Below, one piece after another: positions 9,649-20,513 of a DNA stretch of 64,000 bases; position 1 is the first letter of the stretch, and each line of letters opens with the position of its first letter. Under the pieces are notes generated by a model, which searched no databases, had not been told where the DNA came from, and worked only from the letters and a program-made list of their open reading frames with translations. Origin of the DNA: Lama guanicoe (lineage: Eukaryota). The DNA is taken from contig MU054204.1 of NCBI GenBank assembly GCA_013239625.1, positions 867,537-931,536 of the forward strand. Reading direction: 5' to 3'. Both the position numbers and the translations under genes were made by a program.

Positions 9649-9739
9649 AGGCTGGCCCTCCTGCAAGCCTTGGGTGTGGGAGGGTAATTAAGATGCCAAC
9701 GGTCCTACACTCAAGGCATGTAAGAAGGAAAGCAAGTTG
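9649..9739 (-). ncRNA. MIR532: pre-miR-532
   Basis: Exact recalled miR-532-5p CAUGCCUUGAGUGUAGGACCGU (9699-9720) and 3p CCUCCCACACCCAAGGCUUGCA (9662-9683). Confidence 0.97.
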
Positions 9740-11124
9740 GGAGGTTCGCTCTCCTGTACACTGTGTGTATGTGTGCATGTGTCCCAGACACTTTGGACAG
9801 GTATGTATGTGTGCCCCATACATACAATGTGTCTCCCACTTTAATGAGAAAGTGTGTCTGTGTGTCCATTCACATCATGTACCTTTCAGAATGTTCACTA
9901 CCTATTTTTTCTCTATTTTCCTTCCTTCTTTATTCTTCTTCCAATACTATTATGGTGTTTATTATTTAGAGGGCATCGTTCCAAGTGCTTTTCATATATT
10001 AACTCATTAAATTCCCATAAAATGTCTACAAGGTAATCATCATTATCCCTATTTTATGGATCAAACAACACCTGACCGTGCAGAGAGGACACATGGTAAG
10101 AAAGCTCAGAATCTTACAACCTCGTGTTTAGAAAGAGGGCAAAGAAGGCTCAATAGCCTGACAATTGTATGCATCTGAGAGAACGAGAGAGGAGGGCTCC
10201 TTAGGCCATGCGAGGGATATGTGAGCACCTCACTCCCCTCATGCTGCATGACGGGGACTCGTGGCTGTGAGAATGAGGTGGAGGGGGTATGGATTCCACG
10301 TGAACTAGATCTAACAGGGAGGCCTGCATGTGGTAGGTGTGAAAGGCCACAACCCTACACACGAGCCATGAAAAATGATAGGGTCTGGGTGTGGGAAGAA
10401 GAGCGTCAAGGGAGAGATGAGGCAATCATCTTGCTAAGAAGGTTCACTTTGGTGCTAGGTCACAGGTGGGAGATTTAAAAGGTACAACTTTCTGCAGCAA
10501 AGGATGTGAGCCAGAAAGAAAATAGAAGAAAAGCCTCATTCACTCGCACCCTCCACCAGAGAAAAGATGCAAGCAAAGGAGGTGAGATAATCTACTCTCC
10601 TGAATATCTGATGTATGTGTGTGTGTGTGGTGTGTGTGCACGTGCCCCAGGCAAGACGCAGGAAGAATGTGGAGTGCATAAGCCAGGGATGGGCAGGTAG
10701 ACAAGCAAGGCCAAGCCCTGGACCAATAAGGTGGTTCATTTCCTCCATGCCCTGCACTACACATGTGTTGGTGGTGGCTAGAAGGCAGTGGAGGGACTGC
10801 AATAAGCCTCCTTTTTGCTCAAACTGCATATAGGGGAGGGGTTAAAGGAAAGCTTAGTGTGAGAAAAGGGAACAGTGAGAGGAAAGAGAGCCAGACAATA
10901 TGGGAGAGGGAGCAGGGAGAGGAAGGAGAAGCAGAAAGAGGAGGAGAAAGCAAGGGAGAACAGTCCGGTCTGGAAATATAAATATGGAAGCCATCCACAT
11001 AGGATGGCGTGAAAAGCCACAAGGCAAGATGAGAACAGCTAAGGACTAATGAGAAGTAGAAAGAAGTCATCCAAAGACTAAATGCGCTCTCTCTCTCTCT
11101 CTAATGTTTACAATTCAGGGAGAA

Positions 11125-11680
11125 GAGGAGGAGCCATCAAAAGAGACTGAGAAAGAGAGACTGGTGAAGTGAGAGAGAGCGTGGAGTCCTGGAAACCAGA
11201 CAGAGGGAATGAGCAACTGTGTGTGGCTCTGCTAAGGAAGATGATGAAATTACCCAATGACCCGGCGGATGTGAAGGGCATCGGGGACCTAGACAGGAGT
11301 AATTTTAATGGTGTGATGAAGACTGAAGCCTTAATTGGAGGGCATTCAAGAGAGAATAGGATATATATAAAAGACATAATCAACAAGATCCTACTATATA
11401 GCACAGGAAACGATATTCAATACCTTGTAATAACGTATAATGAAAAAGAATCTGAATACATATATATATATATACACATATATATATGTATTTATAACTG
11501 AATCACCACGCAAACACCAGAAACTAACACAACATTGTAAATCAACTATCCTTCCGTTAAAAAAAAAAGAGAGAGGATGGGAAAAGCTTAAGTGGGGTCA
11601 GCTCCTTCAAGGAGTTTTTCTGTAAAATGGAATAGAAAAATAGGGAGAAACTGGAGGAGCTTTTTGGGTCAAGGAAGGAG
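11125..11680. mobile_element. L2 fragment (-) with an inserted young L1 3' end (+, ~11357-11568)
   Basis: Purine-rich antisense L2 sequence resumes after the L1 3' UTR (CTACTATATAGCACAGGAAAC...polyA). Confidence 0.7.
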
Positions 11681-12760
11681 GTAGTTCTTTTTAATTGTTT
11701 AATTTTTCAACTTCATTTTTGTTTCATTTTTTTAATATATACATTGTGGAAATTGAGACAGGAAAAGGAAGTCACTTGTTCCAGATCACGAAGCCAGCAA
11801 GGGATCGCACCAGGATTCCATCACAGGTAGACTGCAGAAACAGCATGCCCAGCCGCCAAACCCCAAGCTGTGTGTGTCTATGCAAGTAAGAGAACCAAAG
11901 GTGATAAGAACTCACTTTCTGCACATCCTGGGCACGTCTATGGGAGAGGGAGGGGGAAATAGAAGAGAGAAAGATTAAGGATGTATAAGAAGAAGGCTCA
12001 AGCTGCTGTCATAGATGTGGTGGTGGGGGGCTCGCGATACAGAGAGAGGAGTAACAGGGAGACTGACACTGTGGCACAAGCAATGCATGCATTGGGAGGC
12101 TGTAATAACAAGGTTAATTTTAGGTCAATTACAGCCACACATAGGATGGGAACTGGGCAGCACCAGAAAGCTCACAGTCCTGCAATGCTGGATGAACTGG
12201 GACAGCTCAGGTGTCTCTCTTACACGCACACCATGCAAGCATGCACATGAAAGAAAGAGGAGTGCAGAAGAAGAGAGGCAAGTGGAACAAGAGTGGGAAA
12301 AACATACACCAACAGACAGGACACACAAGAGAGAGAATGCATTGTCAGCAGGCTCATTCTCCATGTGTGCACGTGGGAAAGCATGCTTTTTTTAAAAAAA
12401 AAAAAAGCAAGTTCCATAGTCCTGCATGCTCAAGGTGGAAAAGATGGGACAATTCAAGACATTTGTACTCTTGCCTAGACAGTGGGGGGACTGAGGCGGA
12501 GGCAGAGGCAGAGATGGAACAGGTATAAGAAGAATCCCAACAGATGAAAACTTAGAAGTTCGCTGCCATCCTGGAAGGATAAACTCCAGTTTCTGATCTT
12601 TTTGTTTCCCCGCTAAGTTAAGAAAGGTGGATATTTTTTATTCCTCCACATGCTCCACCATATAAGGCAAATACTAAGAGTCAGAAAGATTCTTCTCCAT
12701 CACTGTGTGTGTGTGTTTGTGCACACATCTGAATATATACATGCCTGTGAGGCTGAGCCA

Positions 12761-13040
12761 AAGCCCATTTGTTTATTTTTGCTTTTATTTCTATTGCCCA
12801 GGGAGACTGCCCTGGAGAACATTGCTACGATTTATGGCAGAGAATGTTTTGCCTATGTTTTCTTCTAGGAGATTTATGGTATCCTGTTTTGTTTAAGTCT
12901 TTAAGCCTTTTGAGCTTATTTTTGTGTATGGTGTGAGGGAGTGTTCTAACTTCACTAATTTCCATGCTGCTATCCAGTTTTCCCAACACCACTTGCTGAA
13001 AAGACTGTCTTTTCTCCTTTGTATATTCTTGCCTCCTTTC
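12761..13040 (-). mobile_element. L1 ORF2 fragment
   Basis: CCCATTTGTTTATTTTTGCTTTTATTTC...CCAGTTTTCCCAACACCACTTGCTGAAAAGACTG, homologous to 23788-23887. Confidence 0.85.
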
Positions 13041-13412
13041 TCTGCATTTTTTAAAAGTCTACTGCTGTCCTACAAAGCATGTTTGTGGGAAGGGAACTGA
13101 GAAGGCGTGCTGGGTGGAAGAGACAGGGCACAGCTCAGAAAGCATGTGCACCCATAAAGCTTGTGTGTGGGAGGGGACCTAAGACAGCTCACATCCAGCA
13201 TGTGTGGCAGGAGGGACCAAACAGGTCAGGAGGCTGCTGCTCCTCACAGACAGAGAACGTGCACTAACACAGGTACTGGGAGGCGGGGGTAATCAGGCAC
13301 CTCCTTCTCTCACAGCCAGTGTGCATCATCTCTGTGTTTGTTGGGGTGGGGAGGGTGTCACTGTAATAAAGAAAGGCATGAAGAAATCTCCATCCTGCAT
13401 GAGGGGTGAAGT

Positions 13413-13490
13413 CTCACTCTCCTGTAAACTCTGCAGGTGAGGGTGGGATTTGGAAAGTTCGCTCTCCTCCCTCCAAGGCATATAAAAGGC
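13413..13490 (-). pseudogene. mir-188/mir-532-like relic hairpin
   Basis: 5p-like UAUGCCUUGGAGGGAGGAGAG (13462-13482) shares AUGCCUUG with miR-532-5p. 3p-like 13423-13443 is 16/21 to miR-188-3p. Confidence 0.5.
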
Positions 13491-13961
13491 TGATGGGGTC
13501 AGAAGGCTCTTTTCTCAGGCTCTCTGTGTGAGGAGACCCGGAAAGGCTCAATTGCCTGCAAACCTTCAGTGTGGGAAAGGGACTGATTCCTATTCTGACA
13601 CATCAAAGGTCCGTGGGGGAGCGAGCAGATCAGAGAGTGGGTGTGCTTATAGGTCGGGAGGTGAGAAGCTTTGCTTCCCTGTACCTTTTTGGAGGGGCTG
13701 CTCATGAGAAGGTTCCCGTGGGAACATGGTCTATGCAGGGATATGCGGGTGCCCTGTGGTGGCAGGCAGTGGGAGGGTAAGTGAGAAAGGCGACCCCAAG
13801 CACCCACCACCTCCCTTGTCTAGAGCCAGGAAGGAGCTGCTAAAGGAGGGGGGGCCCAGACTTCACTCTGTGCTCAACAACCTGGGGCTAAGGGAGAGAG
13901 AGAAAGAGAGAACTAAGGAGAGAGACCTGGGAGTGGAAACTTCCATAAAAATATTCACAAT

Positions 13962-14185
13962 GCGGGGAGGGGATAGCTCAGTGGTGGAGCGTGTGCTTAG
14001 CATGCACGAGGTCTTGGGTTCAAGCCCCAATACCTCCAATAAATAAATAAATAAATAAATAAACAAACAAACAAACAAACAAACAAACAAACAAATAAAT
14101 AAACCTAATTACCTACCCACCAAAAAACAAAAACAAAAGCAAACAGAAAGCACAAGTGGAGGATTAAAGAAGAGAAGAAAAGAAA
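13962..14185 (+). mobile_element. Vic-1-type SINE with (TAAA)n(CAAA)n linker
   Basis: SINE head and tail with TSD AAAAATATTCAC (13947-13958 / 14186-14197). Confidence 0.92.
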
Positions 14186-15057
14186 AAAAATATTCACTGT
14201 GATCATTTCAAAATAAAGGAGAAGGTGGCAAAACGGACTGGAGACCAAGACGGCTGTATGTATGGGTTCAGGAGGTGAGTGTAGAGGTACTGAGGTAAGG
14301 GGTAAATTATGTAGACTGTATGATAGGGATACGAGAGAGTAGGAGGAGACACAATGACCTTGTGCCTTTGACAGCTCTGCTGATGACACTGGTGATCAGC
14401 AGGATAAGCTAGATAATAAGCTCCTGAAAAATCATGAGATTAGGGCACATTTAATGGCATCCAGAGCGAAGAAAACCTACAAGGGGGCCAAACATTCAGG
14501 GCTTGATACGTATAATGTGAAAACTATCCTCAAGGAGCTTGAAGACTTTGTACCAAGTAAGGAAGCCCGATGCAAAACTCTCTAAGCTCCATCCCAGCTC
14601 TGAGACTTTGGGATGCCATGAGGACAGACTTAAGCAGGATAAAAGGAAGTGTTGAACTAGTCAGACCAGGCAGTAGGTATAAAACGCCGGAATTGAGAGA
14701 GGAGAGGCATTGCTGTAAACCAGACGGCTTGGAGTGGAGAGCGACCAACAGGGATGGGAAAGATGCTGACAGGTCAAGAGGAAGAGGAGGTGGAGGACGG
14801 GATTCCAGAAGGCGGAGGAGACTATGTAAAAGTGCTGCCTAAGAGGCCACAAATAAACCAGTTTAGCTGGAGTGGAGAGTTCTGCCAGGAAGATGAGCAT
14901 GAATAAGGCCAAGGCCATGGTCCTTAAATGCTGCAAGATTAATCATGCTGTGAGCAACCACTCTGGAGAGGGAACTTATGGTGGCTCACTGATGTTTCTC
15001 TTAATGCCTCCACCTGAGTGCCTGTATGAGGTTTACTGCTGCAGAGACCAAAAGAGA

Positions 15058-16028
15058 TTTTTTACCACCTTATTGTGATATAGTTCCTGTACAGTAAACT
15101 ACATGTTTCAGATGTACAATTTGATGAATTCTGATAGATGTATACACCAATGAAACCACCATCACAATCAATATAGCTAACATTTCCATTACTTCCCAAG
15201 GGAAGCAAATTTCAAATTCCCAATTTATCCCTTCCCACCCCCTTTACCCCTGGTAACCATATGTTTGTTTTCTATGTCTATGAGTCTGTTTCTGTTTTGT
15301 GGATAAGTTCATTTGTGTCCTTTTTTTTAGATTCCACATATAAGTGATATATGGTGTTTTTCTCTCTTTCTGATTTACTTCACTTAGAATGACAATCTCC
15401 AGGTCCATCCATGTTGCTGCAAATGGCATTATTTTATTAAGAGATATTTAATTTTTAAAATGATCTGATTTTTTAATTGAAGTACAGTCAATTACAATGT
15501 GTCAATCTCTGATGTACAGCATAATGTCCCAGTCATGCATATACATACATACATTTGTTTCATATTTTTTATTAAAGGTTATTACAAGATATTGAATATA
15601 GTTTCCTGTGCTATACAGAAGAAATTTGTTTGCTTTTTAATCTATTTTTATATATAGTAGCTAACATTTGCAAATGTCTAACTCCCAAATGTATTCCTTC
15701 CCACCCCCGTTCCCTGGTAACCACAAGATTGTTTACTATGTCTGTGAGTCTATTTCTGTTTTGTAGATGAGTTCATTAGTGTCCCCTTTTTCCTTTGTTT
15801 TAGATTCCACATATAAGTGATATCAAAAATACCACATGGGTATTTTTCTTTCTTTTTCTGGCTTACTTCACTTAGAATGATGATCTCTAGGTCCATCTAT
15901 GTTGCTGCAAATGGCATTATTTTATTCCTTTTTATGGCTGAGTAGCATTTCATTGTATAAATATACTACAACTTCTTTATCCAATCATCTGTCGATGGAC
16001 ATTTAGGTTGCTTCCATGTTTTGGCTGT
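15058..16028 (-). mobile_element. Stacked L1 3' ends (old fragment 15058-15200; young 15205-15438 and 15468-16028)
   Basis: Antisense L1 3' UTR and ORF2 end (ORF track MPFAATWMDLEIVILSEV). TSD-like AAAATGA(T/G)CTGATTT surrounds the last copy. Confidence 0.88.
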
Positions 16029-17434
16029 AAAATGAGCTGATTTAAAGGAAGATAACAAGTCCAGGTAGACATGAAGATTGGGAAGGCAGCAGGGAAATGA
16101 CTGAGATGCTGGTGAAACACAGCTGCAGGCAATGTGCAGTTAGTAGAGTTTTATAAGATGGGGAACAAAATGCTTCTTCGGGAAGTTTCGTCTTGCAGCA
16201 AGTGGAAATATGGATTGGCATACGGGGAATGGATTTAAAAGCTCAGTTCTCACAACTCTCAGTTGTGAGAGAGTTCAGGAGGGCCTGAACGAGGCACAGC
16301 AGAGGTGAGAACAGAAAGGAAGTGATGCCAGGCAGTGAGGAGGGCTTTGGTAGATTTCAAGGGCAGCAACTGGAACTCATTCTAGGTGGTGTTTTATGAA
16401 GATGAGTCTCGGGGACAGTGTTCAGAATAAGGCTTGGATGAGGGTGGTTGCTGAGCCAGTATAAATGAGATGGGCATGAGGGACACTTTGTACAGTCTAT
16501 AGAACTTTAATGATTAACCTGGGGCATGATGACACCAGCAAATGGCAAGGATTCCAGCTCTAACACACAGATAATGGCTTTGGGCTAAGCATAAGGTATT
16601 TGGGGTCTTGGAATCCTTCCCTGAAACGTTCATGTTGTATGGCAAAGCACTAAACAACAGAATGCTGTTCCCTGCACAGATACCACTATAGCATTTAATA
16701 TCCTTTCATGTCTCTGAATTCTGGGCAAGCTACCTATCTGTGCTGGTGTTCCCAAGGTGAAACGCTAATTTTCCCCTCCTTTCCCTGTAGCTCAAAAGCC
16801 AAGATATAACACATGATAAACCTGGCAGTTGAGTGGTTTTTATTTCATTGCTCAAGGGAAATTTAAACAAACCAAAAAAATGACAACTTGGAAGGACTTG
16901 ACTCATGAGCTCAAGTCCCCTCTAAAAATAGACACAGTTACACCATTCATTTGGTACATAAACTTATTACGTCTTACAACTTGGAGGCCTGGCAGAATGA
17001 ATAGACCCATTATCTCTTCATTTGTGCTTTTCTTAATAGCTGTCAGGCCTTTGCACTCTACATGTCTTCCAAGAACCCACTCTGAGAATGTCTCTCCTCT
17101 GCCTGGCTCCCACAGCACCTAGATACTGTCAGCCTTGCACTCCGGTTATTTGCACTGTGCCTTATCTCCCCCGGAGGGAAGAGACTGACCTTGACTTCCC
17201 TTGGAGGCCTCAGATACAGGGTAGAAGCCCCATAAGTATCTGTGAAATGAATCTGTTTGCTTTTAGGCTAAATACAGCTGCTCCCACTCTGTTTGAAGTA
17301 TTGCCATTACCAAGCCCTCAAATGTCTTCTCAGTGCCTCTTCAAATCGCATCCTTTTCCCTGTTATTGTGCAAGAAGATATGGATAAAATGATTTACTAA
17401 TTCAGGAAGATTTCGGGGTGTGTCGGGTTTGGGG

Positions 17435-17454
17435 ACACACACACACACACACAC
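17435..17454. repeat. (AC)n microsatellite
   Basis: Direct reading. Confidence 0.9.
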
Positions 17455-19173
17455 TCCATCCTTCAGTCCCTGTTCTGCCTAACCACCCTCCCAAGGCGTG
17501 GTGACTAACCAGCATGACAAATACCACCTACACCTCACTCTGTAATTCTGAAATGTAAACTTCCGAATAAGTTTTGACCTGAATTTAAGACCAGGAGATA
17601 AGATATGTAAAGTCAAAGGTTAATCCTTATCCTCTCAGTGGGCTAGAGAAAACAAAACAAAACCATGCTAACCCATCTGGGGAAGGGATTCTACTTCCAG
17701 CCCTATCACTGACTTGATCTAAATCTTAAAGCAAGTGGCTGACAGCTCTGCATCTTAGCTGCTTCATACTCATGGTGAGAGGACCAAATATTTGTTTTAG
17801 GGGGAAAACAGTCTCCTGAAACTTGGTGGAAAAATTCACCCAATCTTGTTTCACTTTTGTGTCTATATTTGAAGACAATACGCACAAGCCTGTGTCTTAT
17901 GCTGTCCCTAGGGTTTATGCAGCAGAATGGAGTCATGGGTAAGATTCTTCTAGGAATATCTACCTTCTTGGAATAGAGTCCAAGATGGAATAGGGGTGTA
18001 TCAAATTCTGCACTATTATAGGTTGTGTTATAGTGAGATTCTAACTTTACATGGTCAAGAAAGCTTAATATACACTAGAATCGAACACAGCTAAAGGGAA
18101 TGTTTTTTTAACTTCTTACTTTCCTCAGTTTTCTCTTTTAGCACTGACATAAGGTGACCCCCCAATTCTTGACATGCCCTTGCCTTTGTTTATATTATTC
18201 TATATTGTGGTGTGGTTCTCCTGCTACCTCTCTGATCTTTCCTTTTTTCAATCTTTCTTGCCACTTCTTCCTTCTTCAAGATTCCTACTGTGTGTATCTC
18301 CCCTCCTCCTCCAACCCCCACCCCCGACAAGGATACATCTTTGCCTTTCTAATCATCTCTCTGAATTCTGTTTCAGGTTTCAGGCGTCATGATTTCCAAA
18401 CAAATTCTAAGTATCTATTCCTGCTCTCCCATTCAGGCCACAGGACATTTCAAGCCATTTACCACAAAATAAAAAGGTTGATGCCTAAAAACCACACCTA
18501 AAGCTAAACTCATTAGCTTTCCCCAAAGCAAATTTCCTTCCCCCCAAATTGCCTGCAATTGCTACTGCTATTTTCAGTTCACCAATTTTGAACATTAATT
18601 ACCTTTTGCTCTCTCCTCCTGTAATCCCTGTATTTAATTGGTTACCGAGTCCGAACTTTCTCGTTTGCAACGTTGCATATTTGTTCCTTTACTTTCTGTC
18701 CGACCCCACCCTCCTTCTCATTGGAGTCCGGCCCCGTTTGCTTTACACCTTTCATTATCTGTTTTTCTTCTCCCAGACCAGTCCCTACTGCCATATTCAA
18801 TCTCACACTCCCCTGTCCTGCTTCTCAGAATCTCAACAATCCTCTTGCTCAGTCAAGCCAACTTCCCCACGGTCAACCTCCACCCACCAGACTTGTGTTG
18901 CTGGGCTAGATTGGACTGTCAACTCCCCTCTCTGTGTGTTCAAATATTAACTGTCTTTAAAAGCCCAACTCAAGTTTCACTTTCACGATGCTCTGCTTTT
19001 CCTAAACTCCAGTTGGACAGTGTACTCACTTCTTAATTATATTCTCATCTTCCACCCTCCTCGTTGTTTCTTGAATAATCAGCTCAAGAGAAGCCGGGTT
19101 TCAGGCATTTTTCTCTTGTGTCCTCTTCCACCATGCTAGACACATGCTGGGGTGCTCAAGAAATGCTTTGTGG

Positions 19174-19304
19174 TGGGGGAGGATATAACTCAAGTGGTAG
19201 AGCGCATGCTTAGCATGCACAAGGTCCTGGGTTCAATCCCCAGTGCCTCCATTAAAAAATAATTCATTAAATAAACCTAATTTCCCTCCCCTCAAAAAAT
19301 CTAG
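19174..19304 (+). mobile_element. Vic-1-type SINE
   Basis: TSD AAGAAATG(C/T)TTTGTGG (19158-19173 / 19305-19320). Confidence 0.92.
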
Positions 19305-20219
19305 AAGAAATGTTTTGTGGTTCTACAATGATTAATGTTGAAACTATATGATTTAATTTGAAAGGCTCTGATCACACTGTATTGAATCTAGAAGAGCCCA
19401 AGAGAGTCATGACACTCCAGTCAACCTCCCTACTTCTCTCCTTGCCTTTAACATGTGAAATGTAACACATGAAAAACACAAGCATGATACTATCTGTAAT
19501 TTGAGAACTTGAATAACAAAGGACCACAAAATACAGCTAGATTCTTCCCTTAAACGTGAAAAACGCCTCCATCCCCATCCCACCCCCCCACCCCACCCCC
19601 AGGCATTCAGGTTAAACAAAGCCCTTAAATTAAAAAGCAAGGACAACCGGAAACCCTTCCTCTTCGGGTCCCTGGGGAAACGCTGCTCTGAGGCTGACCT
19701 TGGGGGTGGAGAAGGTGGGTGTGGGGAGGAAACCTTCAATGCCTAGAATCCAGGGCTCAAGCCAAGGGAGGAAGAGACCCAAATCCATTGGGACCCAGCA
19801 CATCTTTCTGTCAAGCCAGAAGTTCAAGGGGGGGTCTCATTTCCTCACTTGTCTTGCTGGCTGGATGCTCAAATATGTTTACACTATTGTATTGCTTCTC
19901 CCATCTCCCACCAGCCACCAAGTAACAAGCCCTTCCCAGTAACCTCAAGGAAACAACAGCCCACCAGTCACACCCCATTCTGAACTCTTCCTAAGAGTAA
20001 CTGTAACAGTTAGGTTTTTTGTGGGTCAGCAGAACTTAATTAACTGTGTTATAAACCAAGGAAAAATTATAGCTGCCCATATATGCAAACCTTTTGAACT
20101 GCAATATATCCTTTAATGAATCATAAGGGCAAGTAAATTACCTGCATTCAAAACAATCTTTAAAAAAACGTTGCTGGCTCATTGCAAAGTGAATATAGCA
20201 ATGAGTTAAGAAGTTATTG

Positions 20220-20513
20220 CTTATTTACAAAACAGAAACAGACTCATTGACACAGAAAACAAACTTATGGTTACGGGTGGGGGGAAGGAGGTGGAAAGGG
20301 ATAAACTGGGAGTTCAGGATTTGCAGATACTAACTACTACAACAAGTTTCTACTGTATAGCACAGGGAACTATATTCAATATCCTGTAGTAAGCTATAAT
20401 GAAAACGAATATGAAAAGAAATATATGTATATATATGTATGACTGAAACATTATGCTGTACGCCGGAAATTGACACAACATTGTATACTGACTATATACT
20501 TCAATTAAAAAAA
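20220..20513 (+). mobile_element. Young L1 3' end
   Basis: AAAACAGAAACAGACTCA...TACTTCAATTAAAAAAA. Confidence 0.9.

Larger units (their letters stand above)
1..13900. repeat. Highly degenerate ~40-50 bp tandem array, interrupted by TEs, hosting the miRNA cluster
   Basis: The motif A(A/G)GCTC(A/C)..(C/T)CC followed by TGCA/TGTG and a purine run recurs dozens of times. Core spacings: 44 (9326/9370), 44 and 48 (10104/10148/10196), 42 (8504/8546), 45/49/40 (13412/13457/13506/13546). Such motif density is not seen beyond ~14 kb. Confidence 0.6.

Noticed and set aside
1..13900. CRISPR-like repeat/spacer pattern
   Set aside because: Eukaryotic DNA. The repeats are degenerate tandem units and paralogous miRNA hairpins, with no cas genes.
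14570..15078. ORFs of 90/91/68 aa with an RG-rich stretch
   Set aside because: Overlap purine-rich antisense L2-like sequence, with no protein-family similarity I can recognise.
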